DNA of 27,997 nucleotides, from the NCBI GenBank assembly GCA_037137395.1, contig JBAXKK010000028.1:1-27997 (forward strand), read 5' to 3'. Position 1 is the stretch's first letter. Each line of letters opens with the position of its first letter. The notes under the pieces were generated by a model, which saw nothing but the letters and a program-made list of their open reading frames with translations, searched no databases and was not told the DNA's origin. This DNA comes from Elusimicrobiota bacterium. GTDB lineage: Bacteria > Elusimicrobiota > Elusimicrobia > Elusimicrobiales > UBA9959. The position numbers and the translations under genes are program-made. Below are positions 17,407 through 25,300 of the stretch, in pieces.

Positions 17407-18642
17407 TCACCAGATACCGGGTATCTTGGTTCCGTCGTGAGGGCAGCGACCGCCGGTGGGCGTCAGTTGGTTTTCCTGCACGGCGTAGCCGTAACGCTTT
17501 ATAAGTATCCGCCCGCAGACGGGGCAATAGGTATTCTCGCCCTCATGACCGGGGATATTGCCGACATAAACATATTTAAGGCCCTGCTTCATGGCCGCGT
17601 TACGCGCCCATGTCAGAGTTTCCACCGGAGTGGCGCCGATATTCGCCACCTGGTAATTTGGAGCAAAACGCGAAAAAAAAAGCGGCACATCCGCCCCCAG
17701 ATCCTTTTTTATCCAGGCGATCATGTCAGCCATACTTTCCCGCCCGTCGTTTAAGCCCGGCACCACCAGGTTAACTATCTCAAACAACACCCCGTTTTTT
17801 TTCAGCGTCAAAAGCGTCTGTTTGACCGGCCACAAACCGCCTCCGGTATAATCGCGATAAAATTTTTCATTAAAACCTTTCAGGTCTATCTTCACCACAT
17901 CCATATATTTCAGAAGCTGCTCCAGCGGCTCCCTGTTTATATAGCCGGCGCTGACCATGACATTCTTCAGGCCTTTTTGCCGGGCAAGGCGGGCGGTGTC
18001 GTACATGTATTCGTAGAAGACCGCCGGCTCGGAGTATGTATACGCGATGGACCTGGAGTGCGTGGCCAGGGCGTAAGAAACGATCTCTTCCGGTGAAAGG
18101 GTGGCGATTTCCTTCTGTTTCAGTTCGCCGTAAACGCGGCCGGTATCGGGCGCAACTTTTATATCCAGGCGCTCCGGAACCAGCGTTGTTCTGGCGGCCT
18201 GTTCCGGGTAGATCTGAGAGATCTCCCAGTTCTGGCAACCTTTACAACGCAAGTTACAACCCGGCGAGGCCAGGGAATAAATAAGGCTGCCGGGGTAAAG
18301 ATGATAGACGGGTTTTTTTTCCACGGGGTCCAGATGCACGGAGACCGCCTTGGAATAGACAAGGGTTTTTATCCTGCCTCCGTAATTTATACGCGCCTTG
18401 CAGCGGCCGCGCGCGCCCTCCGGCAGGAAACACTTAAAAGGGCACAGCTTGCACTGCACCCCGTTGCAGACGGAAACGGAGAACCGGCCGTCCCGGACCC
18501 AGGGGTTATCGGTCGGCACAAGCTTGGAGAATGTGGCGGGAGGAGGATAGAAGGCCAGAAACGCGGCGGCGCAAAGGCTTAAAACCGCCGCGCAGACGGA
18601 TATAGCAAGCGCTAAATTGCGGCTTTTATTTTCCTGAACCAT
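17407..18642 (-). CDS. amrS: AmmeMemoRadiSam radical SAM enzyme
   Basis: VQCKLCPFKC, DPVEKKPVYH, GCNLRCKGCQNWEISQ (CxxxCxxC), AYTYSEP, IDLK, YVYVGN, NTYCPVC. Confidence 0.94.
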   Translation of the reverse strand: MVQENKSRNLALAISVCAAVLSLCAAAFLAFYPPPATFSKLVPTDNPWVRDGRFSVSVCNGVQCKLCPFKCFLPEGARGRCKARINYGGRIKTLVYSKAVSVHLDPVEKKPVYHLYPGSLIYSLASPGCNLRCKGCQNWEISQIYPEQAARTTLVPERLDIKVAPDTGRVYGELKQKEIATLSPEEIVSYALATHSRSIAYTYSEPAVFYEYMYDTARLARQKGLKNVMVSAGYINREPLEQLLKYMDVVKIDLKGFNEKFYRDYTGGGLWPVKQTLLTLKKNGVLFEIVNLVVPGLNDGRESMADMIAWIKKDLGADVPLFFSRFAPNYQVANIGATPVETLTWARNAAMKQGLKYVYVGNIPGHEGENTYCPVCGRILIKRYGYAVQENQLTPTGGRCPHDGTKIPGIW

Positions 18643-18655
18643 TATTTACCAGCGC

Positions 18656-19546
18656 TTAGTTTATTTTTTCTGATCCGGGGTCATTGTGTGTTTTACCGGA
18701 TATGGCGTGCCGCGCGTAAAAATCAACTATTATCTTCCACGCCTCGGCGGCGGTGTCGGCGAATTGAAAGAGATCCAGATCCTCATAGGAGATATACCCC
18801 CACTTGGCCATATTCCTGAAATCCATGACATCGTTCCAATACTTTCTGCCGAACAAAATGATCGGCAGACGCCGCTTCTTGCCGGTCTGAACCAGGGTGA
18901 GCACTTCAAAAAGTTCATCCATGGTGCCGAAACCGCCGGGGAAAGCGACCAGAGCGCGGGCCCGCATAACGAAATGCATTTTCCGGACCGCGAAATAATG
19001 GAAACGGAAACAAAATTCCGGCGACACATAAGGATTGGGGCCCTGTTCCTGCGGCAGAGTGATATTAAGACCTACGCTTCTGGAACCGGCCTCGTAGGCG
19101 CCGCGATTAGCGGCTTCCATGATGCCGGGGCCGCCGCCGGTGACTACGGTAAGCTTGGTGCCACCCAGTGAGCCCTGTTCCGCCACCAGCTTAGTGAGTT
19201 TGCGCGCCTCTTCGTAATACTTGGCGGAGTGCATGAGTCTTTTGGCGGTTATGATCTTGGCTTTAAGAGCCGCGTCCTTAGGGTTTTTGCGGGCCATCCG
19301 GCGCAGATCCTCCAGGCGGGAAACGGATTCCTCCTGGCTCCAGATACGGGCGCTGCCGAAAATGACAACCGTGGCTTTTACTCCGGCTTCGCTGAGCGCC
19401 ATCTCGGTTTTAAGGAGTTCAAGCTGCAGCCTGACAGGCCGCAGTTCGTCTTTGCTTAAAAAAGAAGCGTCGGTGTAAGCTTTTCTGTAAGCGTGAGACT
19501 TAGTGAGTTTAAGCGACTGCTGCTCAAGATTTATTTTTTTAGGCAC
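18656..19546 (-). CDS. LOG family (TIGR00730) nucleotide phosphoribohydrolase, long type
   Basis: VIFGSAR, TGGGPGIMEAANRGA, FHYFAVRK, PGGFGTMDE; GTG start with AGGAG RBS. Confidence 0.92.
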   Translation of the reverse strand: MPKKINLEQQSLKLTKSHAYRKAYTDASFLSKDELRPVRLQLELLKTEMALSEAGVKATVVIFGSARIWSQEESVSRLEDLRRMARKNPKDAALKAKIITAKRLMHSAKYYEEARKLTKLVAEQGSLGGTKLTVVTGGGPGIMEAANRGAYEAGSRSVGLNITLPQEQGPNPYVSPEFCFRFHYFAVRKMHFVMRARALVAFPGGFGTMDELFEVLTLVQTGKKRRLPIILFGRKYWNDVMDFRNMAKWGYISYEDLDLFQFADTAAEAWKIIVDFYARHAISGKTHNDPGSEKIN

Positions 19547-19605
19547 GATTTCTCCTGTAGAATGACTATTAGCCTGAAAACCGCAGTTACAGCGTTACTA
19601 TCACG

Positions 19606-21471
19606 CTATTTGTTTTTTTCCAACCACCTGCTTATACCGTCCGCCATTTTCACGGAAGAAAGGCCCAGGTCGTCATAAAGTTCGTCCGGACGGCCCTGCT
19701 CTATATAGCGGTCCGGAATGCCAAGCCTCAGGACATCAGACTGTATTGTATTCGCGTTCAGATATTCAAGCACGGCGGAACCGAAGCCGGTCTCAAGAGC
19801 GTTATCCTCCACCGTCACCAGACGCCCGGCAGCGCCGGCCATCTCTTTTATAAGTTCTCCGTCCAGCGGCTTAATAAAGCGCATGTCGGCCACGCCGGCG
19901 TCAATACCGCGCGCCTTCAGGAGCTCACAAGTTTTGACGGCAGGGTGCATGCGGCTGCCTATAGCAAGAATATTAACATCCCTGCCTTTGGAAATTACGC
20001 GGCCTTTGCCGACAGGTAGCCGCTTAAATTCGGAAGCCATATCCACCCCGAAACCCTTGCCGCGCGGGTAACGGAGCATGACCGGGGCGTTAAGTTCCAG
20101 GGCGGTGTATATCATATGCTGAAATTCATCTTCGTCGGCCGGCGCCATCGAGATAAGGTCAGGCAGCATCCTAAAAAGACCAAGATCAAAAACGCCGTGG
20201 TGGGTGGGACCGTCTTCACCCACGAGGCCGGCACGGTCCATGGCTATAACCACCGGCAGTTTCTGAAGGCAGATGTCGTGCATAACCTGGTCGAAAGAGC
20301 GCTGCATAAAAGAGGAATAGATAGCGACCACGGGCTTAACGCCCTCGGCTGCCAGACCGGCCGCGAAAGTAACGGCGTGTTCCTCGGCTATGCCGACATC
20401 GTAGTAGCGCCGCGGAAACTTGTCCCTGAACGCGTCCAGGCCGGTTCCTTCCGGCATGGCGGCGGTAATGGCCGCGATTCTGGGGTCTTTATCGGCCAGT
20501 CGGATCATAGTATCGGAAAAAACCTGGGTGAAGGTCGGTATCTTGGCGGGGTCTTTTTTGGAAAGGCCGGTTTCCACGTCAAACTTAGGCGTGCCGTGAA
20601 ATTCCGTCGGCTCGGTCTCGGCCGGCTCGTAGCCCTTACCTTTTTTAGTCACCACATGCAGAAGCACGGGCCCCCGCAGGTCTTTAACATATCCGAGCAC
20701 TTCCACGAGCTCGGGGATATTGTGTCCGTCGACAGGGCCGAAATAAGTAAAGCCCATCTCTTCAAATATCATGCCGGGGAAGAATAAAACCCTGGTCCTT
20801 TTCGCCACCCGAAGTATCTTCTTACCCCAGAACTGGAACCGGTTAAGAAAAAGTTCGGCTTTGCGCCCGGCGTTCTGCACCGTGCCGAGAGTGAGGAGCT
20901 GTGTAAGGATCTTTCCCAGACGTCCGACGCGCTGTGAAATGAACATCTGATTATCGTTCAGCACCACCAGGATATTCGTCCCCAGCTGGCCTACATTCTG
21001 CATGGCTTCCCACGCCATACCGCCGGTCATGCAGCCATCCGCCACCACGGAAACAACTTTATATTTGCCGCCCATATGGTCCCGGGCAGCGGCCATGCCG
21101 GCGGCGGCGGAAAGCGCCGTTGAGGCGTGTCCGGCGCCGAACGCGTCATACTCGGATTCATATCGCTTCAGAAATCCGGAAAGCCCCCCTTTCTGTCTGA
21201 TTGTTGAAAATTTGTCAGCCCGCCCGGTGATGATCTTGTGGGCGTAGGTTTGATGTCCCGTGTCGAAAACTATTTTATCGTCAGGCGTGTCATACACGTA
21301 ATGCAGGGCCAAAATGAGATCGGTCGCGCCGAGGCTTGAGGCCAGATGCCCCCCCGTCTTGCTTATATTCTGAATGATCACGGACCGGACCTCGGAGGCC
21401 AGTTGCGGCAGCTGCGCAACTTCCATCTTCTTAAGGTCTTTCGAGCCCCGCACCTTCGCTAACAGAGTCAT
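19606..21471 (-). CDS. dxs: 1-deoxy-D-xylulose-5-phosphate synthase
   Basis: GGHLASSLG, DTGHQTYAHK, GHASTA, LNDN, GPVDGH, DVGIAEEHAV, DRAGLVGEDGPTH, RYPRG. Confidence 0.98.
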   Translation of the reverse strand: MTLLAKVRGSKDLKKMEVAQLPQLASEVRSVIIQNISKTGGHLASSLGATDLILALHYVYDTPDDKIVFDTGHQTYAHKIITGRADKFSTIRQKGGLSGFLKRYESEYDAFGAGHASTALSAAAGMAAARDHMGGKYKVVSVVADGCMTGGMAWEAMQNVGQLGTNILVVLNDNQMFISQRVGRLGKILTQLLTLGTVQNAGRKAELFLNRFQFWGKKILRVAKRTRVLFFPGMIFEEMGFTYFGPVDGHNIPELVEVLGYVKDLRGPVLLHVVTKKGKGYEPAETEPTEFHGTPKFDVETGLSKKDPAKIPTFTQVFSDTMIRLADKDPRIAAITAAMPEGTGLDAFRDKFPRRYYDVGIAEEHAVTFAAGLAAEGVKPVVAIYSSFMQRSFDQVMHDICLQKLPVVIAMDRAGLVGEDGPTHHGVFDLGLFRMLPDLISMAPADEDEFQHMIYTALELNAPVMLRYPRGKGFGVDMASEFKRLPVGKGRVISKGRDVNILAIGSRMHPAVKTCELLKARGIDAGVADMRFIKPLDGELIKEMAGAAGRLVTVEDNALETGFGSAVLEYLNANTIQSDVLRLGIPDRYIEQGRPDELYDDLGLSSVKMADGISRWLEKNK

Positions 21472-21495
21472 GTGTTTTTTCTCCCGATAGTCAAA

Positions 21496-21596
21496 TAAGT
21501 AGTAAGTTATAAGAAGTAAGCTGTAAGAAAGAATTTGTAAGAAGCGCCTGATATAGTTTCAAAACATACTCCTTAATCCTTACCACTTAACTTTTA
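21496..21596. repeat. Inverted pair of 7-bp-period runs (TAAG run then CTTA run)
   Basis: TAAG at 21496, 21503, 21510, 21517, 21524, 21538; CATA/CTTA/TTTA at 21565, 21572, 21579, 21586, 21593. Confidence 0.85.
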
Positions 21597-22514
21597 CTTC
21601 TCTCTGCTGTACACGAAGCCGGCGATATCCGCCAGCACTTTCACCCGGTCGGCGGGACAGGACAGGGCGCCGATCTTTTTACGGGCCAGCGCTATAAGTT
21701 TGGCCGCCTTCACCCTGGAAGTATCCACGCCGTAGAGGGACGCGTAGGTAAGTTTGGAGTTGCGCGCGTCGCTGCCGCTTTTCCCGAGTTTCTTCTTATC
21801 ACCAACGACATCAAGCACGTCGTCCGCGATCTGGAAGCAAAGACCTATCGCCCCGGCGAACTCCGACAATGCTTTGAAATCTTTACGACTGGCTCCGGCA
21901 AGGACCGCTCCCATCTCCACCGAGGCCGTAATGAGGTCTGAAGTTTTGTGCAGGTGAATATAATTCAGGAGGCGGGCCGCCGCGGCGCGGTTCAGTTTGC
22001 GGCGTTTTAGAAAACCTTCAGCCTCGAGATCCCCGGCCTGGCCGGACACCATGCCTCCGGCTCCGGCGCGGCGGGCAAGTATGCCGGCGGCTTCCAAAAC
22101 GCTGATCGCGTTGATATTTTTCACTTTAGAGTTTTCGTAAAGGACCGAAAAAGCGTTGGTCAGCAGGGCGTCGCCGGCGAGAATGGCCAGAGCCTCTCCG
22201 AAGACGATATGGCTGGTGGGACGGCCGCGGCGGGTATCGTCGTCGTCCATGGCGGGGAGGTCGTCGTGGATAAGGGAATAAGTGTGCACCATCTCGATCG
22301 CGCAAGCCGCGGGCAGCACCTCGCGCCAATTCCCCCCGAACAGCTCATAAGTAGCGGTCAGCAAAACGGGGCGCAGACGCTTACCGCCGGCGTCCAGAGA
22401 ATACAACATGGCTTCTCTGAGCCTGGAGTGGCACGCGGGGATGCGCTTTATCAGCCTGGCCAATTCGATGTTTATCGCCGATGCGCGCCGGGTTAGAAAT
22501 TTTTCTATGGTCAT
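21594..22514 (-). CDS. ispA: Farnesyl/geranylgeranyl diphosphate synthase
   Basis: GGKRLRP, SLIHDDLPAMDDDDTRRG, GQ, KT, FQIADDVLD, KLTY; directly upstream of dxs. Confidence 0.95.
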   Translation of the reverse strand: MTIEKFLTRRASAINIELARLIKRIPACHSRLREAMLYSLDAGGKRLRPVLLTATYELFGGNWREVLPAACAIEMVHTYSLIHDDLPAMDDDDTRRGRPTSHIVFGEALAILAGDALLTNAFSVLYENSKVKNINAISVLEAAGILARRAGAGGMVSGQAGDLEAEGFLKRRKLNRAAAARLLNYIHLHKTSDLITASVEMGAVLAGASRKDFKALSEFAGAIGLCFQIADDVLDVVGDKKKLGKSGSDARNSKLTYASLYGVDTSRVKAAKLIALARKKIGALSCPADRVKVLADIAGFVYSREK

Positions 22515-22578
22515 TAATTGAATTATACAAAAATCTGCTTTTATCTGATTATCCGATAGCCGGGAATCCGCTCACCCA

Positions 22579-23634
22579 CTACCATATCACCTGCATTCCA
22601 AAGCGATGAGTTATGCCAAGGTTGCCGTAATCCAGATAGGAATAGTCAATCCTGGCGCCATGAATAAGATTATTCTTTTCGGTCAATTTATCAAGATTCA
22701 TGCCGAATCCGCCGGAGACGCTCGCTCCCGTGTCCCGCCGGCCCTTGTACCCGGCGCGGAGCTGAAACAACCGCATAATATCGACCTCGAGGCCGAGGGT
22801 ATGAAAAGCCTGCGCGTCAGAATACTTAACGATGTCAGAGGCGGCGGTGACTATCAATATATCCTTTATGGAATGAAAATCCTTGGCCACGCCGGCCCTC
22901 AGGACTCCGGGCAGATTATAGCTCTCGGAAAAGAACTTCTGCCTGCCTCCGATATTAAGAGCCGATACCCCCATGTGAAAATGGCCCGGCAGCACAAGCA
23001 TGGCGCCGGCGTCCACGGTGTAGGCGCTGGAGCTCATCTTATCCAGCTTCTCGTTTATGTTTTTCAAACTCGCCCCGACCGAAATCCTGTAGGTTTTAGG
23101 GCGGTAATCCAGTACCGGAGTGATCTTTGTCCAGCTCGGAGTTATCAGCATCGGGTCCAGCTTGCCTATATCCTGGTTGAAATTGGGCCAGGACCGTGCG
23201 TAGGACAGGATCCAGAATTGGTGACTGGTGCTGGTATGGCCTATAATTGCATCGTCCTTATCATAGGCGGTTATCTGGCCGCTGGAAAGCATGGAGAAAG
23301 CCGCGCCCAAGGTGCCGTAGGTTGAGCGATACGCAAGGGCGGCGTATTCCTGTGTTATAGAATCAAGGTATTGATTATGGCTGCCGGAAAAGGCGGAATA
23401 GCGTAAAAGACCGAGGCCCGCGGGATTATAGAGAATGGAGTCGGGACCGACCAGAGCCGTGTAGGATTCACCCAAGGCAGCCGGGATGACCGCCACCGGG
23501 ATCTTAAGGAAATTAGCGGCGGTTGTTCCCGTTTGGGCTCCGGCGAAAAGCCGGCCAGCCGAACAAATACAGAAAGCTGCGCACGCCAAAGCGCCCTTCA
23601 CAAACAATCTGTTTTTACTGCTATTATGCTGCAT
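22579..23634 (-). CDS. PorV/PorQ-like (UPF0164) outer-membrane beta-barrel
   Basis: GTTAANFLKI..AALGE..YNPAGL N-terminal plug; DYSYLDYGNLGITHRF end with terminal Trp; likely start ATG 23634 before a signal peptide. Confidence 0.8.
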   Translation of the reverse strand: MQHNSSKNRLFVKGALACAAFCICSAGRLFAGAQTGTTAANFLKIPVAVIPAALGESYTALVGPDSILYNPAGLGLLRYSAFSGSHNQYLDSITQEYAALAYRSTYGTLGAAFSMLSSGQITAYDKDDAIIGHTSTSHQFWILSYARSWPNFNQDIGKLDPMLITPSWTKITPVLDYRPKTYRISVGASLKNINEKLDKMSSSAYTVDAGAMLVLPGHFHMGVSALNIGGRQKFFSESYNLPGVLRAGVAKDFHSIKDILIVTAASDIVKYSDAQAFHTLGLEVDIMRLFQLRAGYKGRRDTGASVSGGFGMNLDKLTEKNNLIHGARIDYSYLDYGNLGITHRFGMQVIW

Positions 23635-23780
23635 AAATGTCGTATTAGTGAAACCGCCCGGCCAACGATCAATCGCCGCGCTATTTAGTATCAATTATAG
23701 TATATACTGATATCCGTTTGATTCAATGTCGTAATTGTTACGTCTCTTTTATAAAACGCCTTTTCCGGGGCGCGGCCATG

Positions 23781-23815
23781 AAAAAGGGCGCCCCCAAAAC
23801 TCAGGGTACGCCCTT
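23781..23815 (-). terminator. Intrinsic terminator after clostripain gene
   Basis: Minus strand AAGGGCGTACCC-loop-GGGGGCGCCC followed by T5. Confidence 0.6.
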
Positions 23816-23834
23816 CTAAAAAACCGACGGATAC

Positions 23835-25097
23835 TTACTTTATCCACTTCAGGAAGTCATCCCACTTAGAATCTTTGGTCCACATCAAAGAATCGTAAGC
23901 CGCCGTGTAAGCGTTGGGGAGATATACGGCCAGGCCGAAAGAATTGGCGTATCTGGCACCCGCGGCCCGATTGTAGAATATGAGGTCGGTCTTAAGGAAG
24001 TCCATCAGTTCTTTACCCTTCGCGGATACCGCGGGGCTGGCCGTGGCGTCGCTGACGAGCTTTATGAAATGATAGAGGTCCTTGTTGGTGGCGTAATAGA
24101 AAGCCTGGGCTTTTGTCCGGGCGTTCTTAACATTGACCAGGTCATTAGCGGCCATGACTTCGGCGGTCCAACCGTCCAGAAGCTGAACAAGCTTGCCGAA
24201 CGAAGCGGTTTTAACCGAAGACTGCGTGGCGCCCTGATTAATGGCCTGATAATGGTCGGTGTATGAATCGACCATCGCTTTGGAAAGCTCTCCCGCGGCC
24301 ATGTCGGACTTGGCAGCCAAGGGGCTAAGCCAGGTGTTATAGGTGTAGCCGTCGCCAGGTTCGGTCTCCTCAGAAGCGACAACATAATCGGTATAATCTT
24401 TTATCTCGTAGCCGACCTCAGCCATCTGCATAAGGCAGGCGTCCATCGCAAAAATGTCTATCTTGCCGATTTGTGCCATAGCCTGTCTGAGCTGAGGCGT
24501 CGTGATGTGATTACCCGTCTCGTCGTCGTAAGAGATACCTCTTTGCGCTTCAAAAACGACATCTTTATTCCAGCCAGCGCCATGGTTCCAGACCACAAGC
24601 ACGTAATGCTGGGCGGGGAAGTTCGCCATCGACCATTTTGTGAATTCCACTAGGTGATTCCAGTCGCCCATGTCGGCCTTTGGAAGCTCCATCAGAACCG
24701 GGGAAGTTATCTTGGAGGTGTCGGCGTCTTTCTGTACCAGATACCTTCTGCCGCCTTTCCAGTCACCGTCTGCGGTGGAGTAGCCGTTTATGCGACCCAG
24801 TTCCGCTACAATGTTAATATTGTCATCGGAGCCGGTTACTTCCATCTCATTAACATCGCTGAGGCCGTATGACTCAAGATTGTTTTTTGCGTTTACAAAC
24901 ACCATGACGGTCCATTTCTTAGCGGCTTTAGAATTGCCGGGCATAGGAATGATTTCCGCGCCCGGATTTGCCGACCTTACCTGATCCAGTATTCCGGAAA
25001 CGCTGCCCTTCTGATCGAACGTGACGCCGCCGTCAAAGGCGCCGGCTGACGAGACCAGCAACAGGGCCGCGAGCGCGCCGAATATTTTATTTTTCAT
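23835..25097 (-). CDS. Clostripain-family (C11) cysteine peptidase, exported
   Basis: WTVMVFVNAKNNLE, WNHGAGW (His), DACLM (Cys), VASEETEPG; signal peptide. Confidence 0.92.
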   Translation of the reverse strand: MKNKIFGALAALLLVSSAGAFDGGVTFDQKGSVSGILDQVRSANPGAEIIPMPGNSKAAKKWTVMVFVNAKNNLESYGLSDVNEMEVTGSDDNINIVAELGRINGYSTADGDWKGGRRYLVQKDADTSKITSPVLMELPKADMGDWNHLVEFTKWSMANFPAQHYVLVVWNHGAGWNKDVVFEAQRGISYDDETGNHITTPQLRQAMAQIGKIDIFAMDACLMQMAEVGYEIKDYTDYVVASEETEPGDGYTYNTWLSPLAAKSDMAAGELSKAMVDSYTDHYQAINQGATQSSVKTASFGKLVQLLDGWTAEVMAANDLVNVKNARTKAQAFYYATNKDLYHFIKLVSDATASPAVSAKGKELMDFLKTDLIFYNRAAGARYANSFGLAVYLPNAYTAAYDSLMWTKDSKWDDFLKWIK

Positions 25098-25300
25098 TTA
25101 CTTTCTCCCTTTGATCCTGATTTTCTCTCCCGCAATTACGAACAGGAGCGCGACCTTACGCGATATTAATGAATGTTAATAAACTCAATGATTTCAAGTC
25201 AAGGCAATAATTCCGGCACATTCCGGAATCACTTGAACGGGTGTTATGTTTTTTACCCGCCCATCTTCCGAGATATAGGTTTTACCCTTAAAGCCGAAGG

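Noticed and set aside
17393..17527. AmrB N-terminal extension
   Set aside because: Overlaps the amrS 3' end; ATG 17392 has an RBS-like G-run and a leader peptide
18656..22514. Cytokinin pathway from dxs-ispA-LOG
   Set aside because: No isopentenyltransferase here, and long LOG proteins are common general nucleotide hydrolases
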